64,000 nt of DNA from Patescibacteria group bacterium (GTDB lineage Bacteria > Patescibacteriota > Minisyncoccia > Phycocordibacterales > Zambryskibacteraceae), in assembly GCA_004322205.1 (NCBI GenBank), contig SCSN01000008.1:18370-82369 (forward strand), given 5' to 3'. Position 1 is the first letter of the stretch; each line of letters opens with the position of its first letter. Positions 37,507 through 47,139 of the stretch are shown here, in pieces. Made by a program: the position numbers and the translations under genes. The notes below the pieces were generated by a model that searched no databases, had not been told where the DNA came from, and worked only from the letters and a program-made list of their open reading frames with translations.

Positions 37507-38394
37507 ATGAAACCCCTCTCTCGCACAAAAAGACGCATCTACCTGATTTTTTTCGCATTAGTGTTCGTTGTGTCTTTGCCGTTGGTGATTTTGTATGCCA
37601 GAGGTTACCGCCTAACGCTCTCGGAGGCTCTTAAGTTCGGCAGAACGGGCGGCTTTTATATTGCCGCAACGCAATCCGGGGCGGAGATTTACATCGATAG
37701 CAAACTTGTTAAAAAGACGGGCATTTTTCAAAAGAATGTTCTGGTGCAGAACCTAAAACCCGGCTCATATGACATCAAGGTTGTCAAAGACGGCTTCCAC
37801 ACTTGGACAAAGACACTTTCTGTTTTTTCGGAGACAGTAACTGAAGCTCATCCATTTATGCTTCCGGAAAATCCTGAGCTCGTTGAAGTACCGCCGTATT
37901 TGTCTGATTCCGGCATGCCGACATCAACCCCACCCAAAGCTTCGCTGATAAACACTCTGAGAAATCCAGAGTATATTCAAGCAGCAGCTTTGTTTTCCGT
38001 CGCTTCAAGTAAGGAGACTGCCTTAAAGAGCGGAACTTCCACTGAAATTCTTGGGATTCAGAGGAAACTCTCCGTTGAAAATCGAGACGGCAGACTTTAT
38101 ATCGAGTGGTTGGGCAAGTCTGCTGACATTCCAAGCTATTTCTGCCAGTACGAGCAATGCAAGTCGTCAATTACACTTGCCGGTCTTTCGGCGGTAAAAG
38201 TTTTTGATTTCTATCCCGGCCGTGGGGATCTGTTGATTATCGCTGTGTCGGATGGTATTTACGTGGCTGAAATGGACGACCGTTCAGCACAAAACATTCA
38301 ACCTCTGTTTCCGGGCAAGAATCTTGATTTTCGGATCGACGGAGACGTTATTTTCATAAAACAAGCGAAACGAATGTATTTTCTCTCTCTTTAG
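37507..38394 (+). CDS. PEGA-domain protein, membrane-anchored
   Basis: N-terminal TM followed by a KPGSYDIKVVKDGFHTW PEGA-like motif. Confidence 0.55.
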   Translation: MKPLSRTKRRIYLIFFALVFVVSLPLVILYARGYRLTLSEALKFGRTGGFYIAATQSGAEIYIDSKLVKKTGIFQKNVLVQNLKPGSYDIKVVKDGFHTWTKTLSVFSETVTEAHPFMLPENPELVEVPPYLSDSGMPTSTPPKASLINTLRNPEYIQAAALFSVASSKETALKSGTSTEILGIQRKLSVENRDGRLYIEWLGKSADIPSYFCQYEQCKSSITLAGLSAVKVFDFYPGRGDLLIIAVSDGIYVAEMDDRSAQNIQPLFPGKNLDFRIDGDVIFIKQAKRMYFLSL

Positions 38395-38430
38395 GGGTGA
38401 CTGGGGCATAGACGGAGTTTCAGATATAAT

Positions 38431-39297
38431 GTGGTTATGAATAATAAAGAACAGGTGCACCCCCATCCTCTCACTCAGGTTATTCAAGAAACAAGCGATA
38501 TTTTCCGAGAGATGGGGTTTGCCGTTGCCGACGGGCCGGAAATCGAAACGGAGTATTATAACTTTGATGCTCTCAATATTCCTGCCCACCACCCGGCGCG
38601 TGACTTGTGGGATACGTTTTGGTTAAAGACCAACGACCAACAACCCACAACTACCAACAAAGATAAAGATAAATCCGGTTGTCAGTCATCGGTTGTTAGT
38701 GGTGAGTTGCTTAGGACTCACACTTCTCCTGTGCAAGTGAGATATGTTGAAACGCATAAGCCGCCGATTCGGATAATTGTTCCCGGTAAGGTCTATCGCC
38801 ATGAGGCAACTGACGCGGCTCATGAAGCTCAATTTTTCCAGCTCGAGGGTCTTATGATCGAAGAAGAAGTTTCTATTGCTAACCTCAAATACGTTTTAAA
38901 TCAATATTTTGAAAAACTTTTTGAAACAAAAACTGAAGTCAGATTCCGACCAAGCTATTTTCCATTCACCGAACCAAGTGTTGAGGTGGACACGAGCTGT
39001 TTTAATTGTAGCGGCGAGGGATTAATACTAATGGGCACAAAAGGCAAAATTGTAGGTGAAAGAAAAACTCGGACAGACTACAAAGTCTGTTCGGTGTGTA
39101 AGGGTTCTGGCTGGCTTGAAATTATGGGAGCCGGGATGGTTCATCCGAAGGTCCTGCAGGCTATGAAAATTAACCCCCGCAGATACCGCGGTTTTGCCTT
39201 CGGCGGCGGCATAGACCGTCTGGCAATGCTTAAATACGGCATTGACGATATCCGACTGTTTTATACGGCTGACCTTCGGGTTATAAATCAATTCTGA
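38431..39297 (+). CDS. pheS: phenylalanine--tRNA ligase alpha subunit
   Basis: [26 protein letters not shown] and [14 protein letters not shown] class II motifs. Carries an in-frame insertion of about 24 aa at 38630-38705 (see findings). Confidence 0.9.
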   Translation: MVMNNKEQVHPHPLTQVIQETSDIFREMGFAVADGPEIETEYYNFDALNIPAHHPARDLWDTFWLKTNDQQPTTTNKDKDKSGCQSSVVSGELLRTHTSPVQVRYVETHKPPIRIIVPGKVYRHEATDAAHEAQFFQLEGLMIEEEVSIANLKYVLNQYFEKLFETKTEVRFRPSYFPFTEPSVEVDTSCFNCSGEGLILMGTKGKIVGERKTRTDYKVCSVCKGSGWLEIMGAGMVHPKVLQAMKINPRRYRGFAFGGGIDRLAMLKYGIDDIRLFYTADLRVINQF

Positions 39298-39298
39298 A

Positions 39299-41671
39299 AT
39301 GCTAGTTTCCTACAAGTGGTTACAGGGATATTTTGATGAGCCGCTTCCTCCTGCAGAAAAGCTGGTAGAGCTTTTAACTAGATACGCCTTTGAAGTTGAG
39401 TCTGTTGAAAAAAGAGGAGAGGATTCTGTTTTGTACGTCAAAGTTCTGCCTGACAGAGCGCATGATTGCCTCTCTCACATTGGGATTGCAAAAGAAATCT
39501 CAACCATCTCTCGCCTGCCGCTCAAAACCGGCTTGGTTTCAGCGCGCCAACTCTCCGCGCCGGAATCAAATTTGCTGAAGGCAGAGTCAGAAGATCCTGC
39601 TTTGTGTCCTCGCTTCAGTGCGCTGGTCATAGAAAATGTTGAGGTCAAAGAAAGCCCGGGCTGGCTCAAGGATTTGCTTGCCGCAATCGGGCAAAAGTCC
39701 GTCAATAATATCGTTGACGTTACAAACTACTGCATGTTTGCCTACAACCAGCCGCTTCATGCCTACGATTTGGGCAAGCTCTCCTCTGGCGAAGAGGGCT
39801 ATAAACTTACTGCCAGAACCGCCGGCAAAAAGATGAAATTTCTCGCGCTGGATGATAAAGAGCACAATCTTGTTGAAACCGATTTGATTATAGCCGACGG
39901 AGTATCTGGTGAGACGCTCGGAATTGCCGGTATAAAAGGCGGCAAGGCGTTTCAAATAGAGGAGAACACGAAACGCATTGCTCTAGAGGCGGCAAATTTT
40001 AACCCTGTTTCAATCAGCAAAACTTCAAGACGCCTTTCTCTTCTGACTGACGCCTCAAGACGCTTTGAAAACGGAATTTCCCCGAGCCTGACGCTCATTG
40101 GGCTTTCCGAAGCTTCGAGACTGATTCTTGAGATTGCCGGGGGGGAGAAGATACGTGTTGAGGGACTTTGCGACTTTTATCCGAGGAGGGCCAATCCTTA
40201 CAAACTGGGAGTATCTCTTTCTGAAGTAAGAAATTGGCTCGGCCTTGATATAACTTCGGCTGAAATTGAGGAAATTCTCAATCGCCGCGGATTTGAGTGG
40301 GGGCTTGTCAGTCCTCGTGAAGAAATTGTTGCGCGCGCCAAAGAGCTCATCGGCGTCCCGTACAAATACGGCTCCAGTGTTCTTTACGACGCGCCGAAAA
40401 CATTTGATTGTTCCTCGTTTACAGCGTACTTGTGCGCGCAGGCGGGTGCCTCCATTCCGAGGATGACGATAGACCAGTATGTTTGGATGGAGTCGGTTGA
40501 AGATGGAGAAGCACAGCCAGGCGATTTTGTTTTTTCAAATACACATGACTTAAAAAGAGTGATACGGACTGAAAGTGTCGAATTTATGGCGGGCACAAAA
40601 GTGCCCGACGGGGTTGATCACGTTGGTGTTCTTCTCGGCGAAGGCAAGGTCGTTCACGCCACTGAAACTGCGGGAAAGGTTATAAAAGAGGAGCTGGCGG
40701 GAGCCCCGCGCTTTCAAGATTTACGCGGCTTCAGGCGAGCTGTGAGCGACGGGAAGAGATACGTTGTAACAGTTCCCGATGAGCGGCTTGATTTGAGAAT
40801 AAAGGAGGATTTGATTGAAGAAATCGGGCGGCTCTACGGTTATGACAGAATCGGCTCGAGGACCATATCTGGTTTTCCACAAGAGCCGGAGATCAACAAG
40901 ACCGCTTATTACTGTGATAGAATCCGCGACTTACTCCGCGCGAAAGGGTGCTCGGAAGTTATCACCTACGCCCTGCGCAGTGATGGGGAAGTTGAACTTG
41001 AGAATCCCACAGCCTCCGACAAGCGTTTCCTGCGCCGCAATCTCTCCGATGCTTTGAGCGAATCGCTTGAAATTAATGTCCGCAATGCCGATTTGCTAGG
41101 TCTCGACGAAATCAAAATTTTCGAAATCGGCAATGTTTTTCCAAAAGAAGGCGAGCGCCTATCCATTGCGCTAGGTGTGAAGAACGGCAGGGGTTCGGCA
41201 AAAAAGGAGACAGAAGAAGTCAAAGAAATTGTCAGCATGCTCTCTGCCGAGTTGGGGGTCGAATTTCCTCCACCAAACGGAGCAGTATATGAGGTGAATT
41301 TAGGGAAAATCTTGGACGGATTGCCCGCGCCGGAGAAACCGCTCTCTTACGAGAAGCCGCTCTCTTTTAGTTACAAGAAGTTCTCGCCTTATCCTTTCGT
41401 CGTTCGTGACATTGCTGTTTTGAGTAGCGAAGAACCAAAGAAGGTGGAAGAATTTGTTGTAAATGGTGCTAGAGAAGCCATCAAGGGCTCAAAGATTGAT
41501 TTGGTGAACAGTCGGATATTCGACGTCTTCGAGCCTAAGGAGGGAGGTAAGTCAACGGCCGTCCGCCTGGTGTTTCAATCGTCGGAGCGAACGCTTACAG
41601 ACAGTGAAGTGAACGAGATTATGAAGAAAGTGACAGAAGATGTTTCAGAAAAAGGTTGGCAGGTAAGATAA
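39299..41671 (+). CDS. pheT: phenylalanine--tRNA ligase beta subunit with an inserted NlpC/P60-like domain
   Basis: N-terminal MLVSYKWLQ, B3/4, B5 and C-terminal anticodon-binding regions. An NlpC/P60 signature (GVPYKYG, FDCSSF, QPGDFVF, HVGVLLGEGKVVHA) lies in-frame inside the B5 region. Confidence 0.9.
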   Translation: MLVSYKWLQGYFDEPLPPAEKLVELLTRYAFEVESVEKRGEDSVLYVKVLPDRAHDCLSHIGIAKEISTISRLPLKTGLVSARQLSAPESNLLKAESEDPALCPRFSALVIENVEVKESPGWLKDLLAAIGQKSVNNIVDVTNYCMFAYNQPLHAYDLGKLSSGEEGYKLTARTAGKKMKFLALDDKEHNLVETDLIIADGVSGETLGIAGIKGGKAFQIEENTKRIALEAANFNPVSISKTSRRLSLLTDASRRFENGISPSLTLIGLSEASRLILEIAGGEKIRVEGLCDFYPRRANPYKLGVSLSEVRNWLGLDITSAEIEEILNRRGFEWGLVSPREEIVARAKELIGVPYKYGSSVLYDAPKTFDCSSFTAYLCAQAGASIPRMTIDQYVWMESVEDGEAQPGDFVFSNTHDLKRVIRTESVEFMAGTKVPDGVDHVGVLLGEGKVVHATETAGKVIKEELAGAPRFQDLRGFRRAVSDGKRYVVTVPDERLDLRIKEDLIEEIGRLYGYDRIGSRTISGFPQEPEINKTAYYCDRIRDLLRAKGCSEVITYALRSDGEVELENPTASDKRFLRRNLSDALSESLEINVRNADLLGLDEIKIFEIGNVFPKEGERLSIALGVKNGRGSAKKETEEVKEIVSMLSAELGVEFPPPNGAVYEVNLGKILDGLPAPEKPLSYEKPLSFSYKKFSPYPFVVRDIAVLSSEEPKKVEEFVVNGAREAIKGSKIDLVNSRIFDVFEPKEGGKSTAVRLVFQSSERTLTDSEVNEIMKKVTEDVSEKGWQVR

Positions 41672-41694
41672 TAAGTTTGTAAAGTTAAAAGTCT

Positions 41695-42039
41695 GTGGAG
41701 CGTAAAATTTATAGTTTGAGATCCAGGGAAGTGAATCGCGATATTTTTGAGGCGATAAGAGGCGGCAAGAAAAAAGTGGAAACGAGAGCGGCAACAGAGA
41801 AATACCGCGGCATTAAAAGCGGCGATACGGTGGTTTTAAATTGTGCCGGTAAAAGTTTCAGGAAAAAAGTCGGCAGAGTTGAGCGATGCAGGTCAATTGG
41901 CGCGGTGCTCAAAAAATACAAGCCGGAGAGAATAAATCCAAAGACCCATACTGCCAAGGAAGCGCGGGAAATGTGGTACAGCTTCCCCGGTTACAGAGAA
42001 AAAATAAAGCATGGGTTGGTCGTGTTGCATTTGAATTGA
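41695..42039 (+). CDS. ASCH/PUA-like domain protein (putative)
   Basis: 114 aa, GTG start, with a GGKKKVETR ... GDTVVL pattern reminiscent of the ASCH beta-barrel. Confidence 0.45.
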   Translation: MERKIYSLRSREVNRDIFEAIRGGKKKVETRAATEKYRGIKSGDTVVLNCAGKSFRKKVGRVERCRSIGAVLKKYKPERINPKTHTAKEAREMWYSFPGYREKIKHGLVVLHLN

Positions 42040-42053
42040 GAACATTAGACTTG

Positions 42054-42437
42054 ATGACTAAATCGCAAGGTAGCGCAATCATGAGCGAGTTAATAACAAA
42101 ATGGCAAAGACTGACTTCGAGAGTTGAGCCTCTTTGGACATTGATAGGCGCTCCGGTTATCCAAGAATTTATTTTTCGGCTTGTTCCTTACAAACTCTAT
42201 CTTAGTTACGGAGGTTTTTATATGTTTGGTATTTTGAGTTCTGTGTTCTTTGCAAGCATTCATTGGTATTTTGGAAAATGGTTCGTGGTATATTCTTTTG
42301 CTGGAGGTCTCGTTTTATGGTTTGTAATTGTGAACTACGGCTTTTTGTTAGCAGTTATCCTTCACGCGCTTGCGAATCTTGTGCTTTTGAGCTTAGGAAT
42401 TTTGCGGAAAGTTAAAGACAGATCAACCGTTGATTAA
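42054..42437 (+). CDS. CPBP-family intramembrane metalloprotease (CAAX protease / Abi)
   Basis: Start trimmed to the ATG at 42054. Motifs are QEFIFR (EExxxR-like), FASIHW (FxxxH) and HALANL (HxxxN) within TM helices. Confidence 0.7.
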   Translation: MTKSQGSAIMSELITKWQRLTSRVEPLWTLIGAPVIQEFIFRLVPYKLYLSYGGFYMFGILSSVFFASIHWYFGKWFVVYSFAGGLVLWFVIVNYGFLLAVILHALANLVLLSLGILRKVKDRSTVD

Positions 42438-42467
42438 ACTTAAAAACTTTACAACTTACAAACTAAC

Positions 42468-43040
42468 ATGAAGCTGGATGTCCCGTACTACTCCCAGTTC
42501 AAGGATGTGACTGACCCGGAGTGGAGGCTCAAAGCCTGCACCATAGCGAATCTCAAGATGGCGCTGGAATATGCTCTCGGCGCGCCGGCTCCTTCGATTG
42601 ATGAACTCATAAAAGAGGGATTGTTAATTAGAGGATATGGGCCGCATGGCTGGATTCACGACGCCATTGTCAATTTGGCTCACAATCACGGCGTGCCGGC
42701 CTATCGCGAGGAGTTTAGGTCGGTGGCGGTTGATACGGCGCGGTCGGAGTTTTCGAGAAGCAAATACGAAGACAGTCTTCTTTCCTACAGTCTTGAGAAA
42801 TTCAGAAAAAAGCTTTCCGCGGGCGCATTAGTCATTGCCTCAACGCCACGTAATTGGGCGCCAGATGGAAATTTTCACACCACTCTCCTTGTTGGTTATA
42901 AAGAGAAGAATGGTGCTTTAAGCGGTTTTTACTACCACGACCCCGACGCCCCAAACGAACCCAAGAAAGATCAGTTTGTTGATGTAGAAACGTTTAAGGA
43001 GTACTGGCGCCGTCTAGCGATATTTTTTGAAAAAGAATGA
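42468..43040 (+). CDS. peptidase C39-like (papain-fold) domain protein
   Basis: VPYYSQ ... CTIANL (catalytic Cys) ... H pattern of the C39_2/BtrH-like family. Confidence 0.6.
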   Translation: MKLDVPYYSQFKDVTDPEWRLKACTIANLKMALEYALGAPAPSIDELIKEGLLIRGYGPHGWIHDAIVNLAHNHGVPAYREEFRSVAVDTARSEFSRSKYEDSLLSYSLEKFRKKLSAGALVIASTPRNWAPDGNFHTTLLVGYKEKNGALSGFYYHDPDAPNEPKKDQFVDVETFKEYWRRLAIFFEKE

Positions 43041-43083
43041 GAGTTCTGGAATGCCCAGAACTCTCTTGATGGTTCGCTATAGA

Positions 43084-43533
43084 TCACTCGTCAGACAGAC
43101 GGCGGACTTCTGCCCGTACCCCCTCTAGGGTAGCGCCCGCGTCACTGAGTATCTGAGAGGCAAGCCCGCCGGTGTCTCGCATCAGACCGAGCAGGATATG
43201 TTCGGCGCCGATGTGGGCACAACCAAGATCACGAGCCTCGTCAGAAGCAAGTTCGAGAGCTACTCTAGTGCGGGTAGTATATGGGATGTCAAATGACAGA
43301 ATTGGTGACGCTCTACCGCCCAGGAGAGTTTCTCTGATCCTGCCCTCAATTCTCTCGAGATTGACGTTGAGATTGAGCAGAGCAGCCACTGCTACGCTGT
43401 TTTCCTCCCGAATCAAGGCGAGGAGAATGTGTTCGGTGCCAACGTACTCGCGGTGTAGCCTCACCGCCTCATATCTCGCGTTAACCAGAATTTTCCTGAC
43501 GCGATCGGTGAAACGGTCAAGAATCGATGGCAT
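43084..43533 (-). CDS. stand-alone Clp N-terminal (double Clp_N repeat) domain protein
   Basis: Two Clp_N repeats (GTEHILLALIRE ... and GAEHILLGLMRD ...). GGGGAG RBS. GC-rich. Confidence 0.75.
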   Translation of the reverse strand: MPSILDRFTDRVRKILVNARYEAVRLHREYVGTEHILLALIREENSVAVAALLNLNVNLERIEGRIRETLLGGRASPILSFDIPYTTRTRVALELASDEARDLGCAHIGAEHILLGLMRDTGGLASQILSDAGATLEGVRAEVRRLSDE

Positions 43534-43679
43534 CTCTCCCCCAGGGTGGAGTGTTGTATGATGTGCCTATCTTTTACGACTATATCATAAAGCTAACCTT
43601 TAGTCCAATAGTCCAAATTCTAAAGGGAGTCCTTGGAATTTCTTCGTCATTTACTCTCGTTTAAAGTATAGCAAAGCAA

Positions 43680-43724
43680 ACATAAAATGAAGAGGCCCGC
43701 TCCGACGTAACGTCGGAACGGGCC
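43680..43724 (-). terminator. intrinsic terminator of the minus-strand ORF 43742-44284
   Basis: GGCCCGCTCCGACG-TAA-CGTCGGAACGGGCC hairpin, with a T-rich run on the minus strand. Confidence 0.55.
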
Positions 43725-43741
43725 TTCCAGTGAACCAGTTG

Positions 43742-44284
43742 CTACGCGCGCGGGACGGCCAGACAGCAGCGCTGGCTGAAGGCGCCCACGAGCCAGCTCC
43801 AGTCGAGCTCCGGCGCCTCGCCGTAGCAGTGGAGCACAGGCACGCGGCGGTGGCCGAGCTCGTCCACCAGGACCGTCCCGGCGAACACCAGGATGCGGCC
43901 CTTCGCCTCCTTAGGTAGGAGCTCGGGGTGATCCCAGTGGAAGAGTGCGTCCCGATAGCCGAGACGGAGCCCCTTCTTCGCGCGGACAAGCATCTCCTCC
44001 CAGCGGATCCATTCTTCATCACTGCCGGTGAAGAACTCGGCAAGCGCGATTCCGCCGCCGTGGAAAGGAGCATCCTCCACGACTTCCCGGACCCAGTCCG
44101 GAAAACGAACAGCGACGACCATCTTCGCAAACTTCGCGAAGAGGCTCCTAGACTCGGGTCGGGAGAGGCGGTGGATATCCTCGTCAGATCCGCCCTCCTC
44201 CCGGATCGTCGCGACTAGTGTCTCGATGATACTCGTCGCGACGCCCATGCCGCTGACGACAGCGGCAACGTCTTTCTTAGACAT
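43742..44284 (-). CDS. hypothetical protein (GC-rich ORFan with canonical SD)
   Basis: 180 aa, AGGAGAAGAG RBS and its own terminator. The overlapping 43651-44130 frame is Arg/Ser-rich and looks like an off-frame artefact. Confidence 0.5.
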   Translation of the reverse strand: MSKKDVAAVVSGMGVATSIIETLVATIREEGGSDEDIHRLSRPESRSLFAKFAKMVVAVRFPDWVREVVEDAPFHGGGIALAEFFTGSDEEWIRWEEMLVRAKKGLRLGYRDALFHWDHPELLPKEAKGRILVFAGTVLVDELGHRRVPVLHCYGEAPELDWSWLVGAFSQRCCLAVPRA

Positions 44285-44621
44285 TTCTCTTCTCCTCGTT
44301 TAGGCTCGCCCCTCACCCTAGCGTCCGCTAGGGCCCCGGACTTGCCATTGGTTACAGCGCCTAAGACACGAGGTTTCGCATCCTAAGCGCTGCAACCAGT
44401 ATTTGCGTAGCGTAGATGGTAAGGTACTGAAAGATAATTCCATTATGTATTATATACCTCTAACTCAATCCTGTCAATACCTAGGAAATGGCTTGAGGAG
44501 TAGTTGAAAGTTGTCCGTTCTCACTCTTCCCTTCCTGACTTCAATTTGCTATAATTAGCTTGTAAAAATTGGCGTTTTTGAGCGTTTGCCCCGCCCAAAA
44601 AGAGGGCAATGTTTGTTTAAA

Positions 44622-46718
44622 ATGGCTGTCCAAAAATCAAAGATCAAAAAGAGTAAAGGTCAGGAGAAAGCCCCCGCAACTAAACGGGGACGTTATAGCG
44701 CTGAAGATATCACTGTTTTGGAGGGTCTTGAGCCGGTGCGCCGCCGTCCCGGAATGTACATTGGCACCACCGGCCCCGACGGTCTTCATCATTTGGTCTG
44801 GGAAATTTTTGATAATGCCCGCGATGAGGCGATGGCCGGTTTTGCCAATCGCGTCGAAGTCGCTCTGCTCCCGGGTAATCGGGTGCGGGTGACTGACAAC
44901 GGGCGGGGAGTGCCCGTTGACATTCACAAGCAGACCAAAGTCTCCGCTCTGGAGACGATTATGACTACTCTTCATGCCGGAGCAAAGTTCGGCGGCGGCG
45001 GATACAAGGTGGCCGGCGGTCTCCACGGCGTCGGCGCCTCGGTGGTTAATGCGCTTTCGGTCTGGATGAGAGCGGTGGTGCACCGCGACGGCGGGGAGTA
45101 TGTTCAGGAATACTCCCGCGGCAAGCGGAAGGGGGCGGTAAAGAAAGTTGGCCCTTCCAAGTTTGTCGGCACCGTTGTGATCTTCGAGCCGGATCCGGAG
45201 ATTTTTCCCGAAATTAGTTTTGATTACAACCGAATCGTCAATCACTTGCGCCAACAGGCGTATCTGGTCAAGGGTCTTCGCATTGTTATGATTGATGCTC
45301 GCGAGTATAAGGAAAAAATTGATGAGGATATTTTCTATCTTGCTGACCTTGGAGCGGAGATGCCTTCAACCACTTTTTATTTCGAGGGAGGTCTTCTTTC
45401 TCTGGTAAAGTTTTACAACCAGACGGAGAAACCGGTCAATAAAAACATCTTCTACGTTGAGAAAAAGCTCAATGAGTATGAATCTGTTGAGGTGGCGCTT
45501 CAGTACGTCGATGACATCTCTTCGCGCCTTATCCCTTTTGCCAATAACGTCTACAACTCTGAAGGTGGAACGCACGTCACCGGTTTCAAAACTGCTCTGA
45601 CGCGGACGCTCAACAACTATGCTCGCAAAAGCGGTTTGGCAAAAGACAATGGCGACAGCTTTACGGGAGACGATGTCTTGGAGGGGTTGACGGCGGTGAT
45701 TTCGGTCAAACTCCGCGAAGTGCAATTCGAAGGCCAAACCAAAGCAAAACTGGGCACGGTGGAGGCGCGGGGGATGGTGGAGAGCATCTTTGGCGACGCC
45801 TTTGAAGCGTTTCTTGAAGAAAATCCTGATGAGGCGAGAGCAATTTTGAATAAGGTTGTTTTGGCGCTTAAAGCCCGTAAAGCAGCCAAAGCGGCAAAAG
45901 ATTCTGTTCTGCGCAAGGGCGCGCTTGAAGGCATGACCCTTCCCGGCAAGCTGGCCGACTGCCAGTCACGCTCGGCAGAAGAGTCAGAGCTTTTCATTGT
46001 TGAGGGCGACTCTGCCGGCGGCACCGCCAAAATGGGACGTGACCGCCGTATCCAGGCGGTGCTGCCCTTGCGCGGAAAAATCTTAAACATTGAACGGGCG
46101 CGGCTCGATAAAATTCTCACCTCCGAGCAGATAAAAAATTTGGTGGTGGCGCTCGGCACAGCCATCGGCGACACTTTTGACATTGGCAAACTCCGTTATC
46201 ACAAAGTTATTATCGCCACCGATGCTGATGTTGATGGGGCGCATATCCGCACGCTTCTCTTGACTCTACTCTACCGTTTCTTCCGGCCGCTGATTGAAGT
46301 TGGTCATGTCTATATTGCCCAGCCTCCGCTCTATAAAATAAAAAAGGGCAAGGATGTTTTTTACGCTTTTTCTGATGAAGAGAAAATGAAAATTGTAGGC
46401 AAAGACGCTACTGCAGAAGAACAAAGAGAGACAGAAACCGAAGAAAGTGAAGAAGAACCTATTGAAGACGAAGCTAAACAAGCTGACAGACCGAAAGGCT
46501 CTAAAGTTTCCATTCAGCGCTATAAGGGTTTGGGCGAGATGAATGCCGAAGAACTCTGGGAGACAACAATGGATCCCGAGCGGAGAACCTTAAAACAAGT
46601 CACGATTGAAGACGCACAAGAAGCGGATAGGGTCTTTGACGTTCTTATGGGTACTGATGTACCTGCAAGGAAGAGCTTTATTCAGACAAACGCCAAACTG
46701 GCAAATCTGGACATTTAA
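44622..46718 (+). CDS. gyrB: DNA gyrase subunit B
   Basis: GHKL ATPase blocks (GLHHLVWEIFDNARDE, GGLHGVGASVVNALS), the TOPRIM EGDSAGG and a C-terminal tail. Start trimmed to MAVQKSK. Confidence 0.95.
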   Translation: MAVQKSKIKKSKGQEKAPATKRGRYSAEDITVLEGLEPVRRRPGMYIGTTGPDGLHHLVWEIFDNARDEAMAGFANRVEVALLPGNRVRVTDNGRGVPVDIHKQTKVSALETIMTTLHAGAKFGGGGYKVAGGLHGVGASVVNALSVWMRAVVHRDGGEYVQEYSRGKRKGAVKKVGPSKFVGTVVIFEPDPEIFPEISFDYNRIVNHLRQQAYLVKGLRIVMIDAREYKEKIDEDIFYLADLGAEMPSTTFYFEGGLLSLVKFYNQTEKPVNKNIFYVEKKLNEYESVEVALQYVDDISSRLIPFANNVYNSEGGTHVTGFKTALTRTLNNYARKSGLAKDNGDSFTGDDVLEGLTAVISVKLREVQFEGQTKAKLGTVEARGMVESIFGDAFEAFLEENPDEARAILNKVVLALKARKAAKAAKDSVLRKGALEGMTLPGKLADCQSRSAEESELFIVEGDSAGGTAKMGRDRRIQAVLPLRGKILNIERARLDKILTSEQIKNLVVALGTAIGDTFDIGKLRYHKVIIATDADVDGAHIRTLLLTLLYRFFRPLIEVGHVYIAQPPLYKIKKGKDVFYAFSDEEKMKIVGKDATAEEQRETETEESEEEPIEDEAKQADRPKGSKVSIQRYKGLGEMNAEELWETTMDPERRTLKQVTIEDAQEADRVFDVLMGTDVPARKSFIQTNAKLANLDI

Positions 46719-46722
46719 CCAT

Positions 46723-47139
46723 TTACTCGTAGTGGAGCTCTATCTTGTCCCCGTCATGCATTACGTAGTTCTCGTATTCGCTATTTTCTTTGCCGTTGAC
46801 GGTCATTTTCACATTTTCTCCGAAAGAGTGTATATCTTTGCCCCAAACTTTGAAAAACTGACCGAGCTTGATGTCGTCTTGTCTCACTAACCCGTCAAAT
46901 TCGAGGTGAATCAACGGCAGGTCGTCGTGGGTGTGAATGGGGGAATGTACCGCCCCGAGGCCTGTGTTTTCGGGTATTTCAACTTTCTCTCCTTTAACGA
47001 GAATTTTCAGCCCCGGATGCCAGTGGATTCCGCCGCGAGCGATAACACCTGGATCATTTTTCTGGAGACTTCTTGACCAAAAGACTCCTCCGGCAAGCAG
47101 TAAAATAACAACAACAATAAGTATCAATCCCTTTTTCAT
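46723..47139 (-). CDS. hypothetical exported protein, possibly metal-binding (His-rich HWHP / HTHDD)
   Basis: N-terminal TM or signal. Adjacent to, and co-directional with, the P1B ATPase. Confidence 0.4.
   Translation of the reverse strand: MKKGLILIVVVILLLAGGVFWSRSLQKNDPGVIARGGIHWHPGLKILVKGEKVEIPENTGLGAVHSPIHTHDDLPLIHLEFDGLVRQDDIKLGQFFKVWGKDIHSFGENVKMTVNGKENSEYENYVMHDGDKIELHYE

Noticed and set aside
43651-44130. 159-aa minus-strand ORF overlapping the 43742-44284 ORF
   Set aside because: It is Arg/Ser/Ala-rich with low complexity, typical of an off-frame read-through of GC-rich coding DNA. The alternative frame (43742-44284) has balanced composition, an SD and a terminator.
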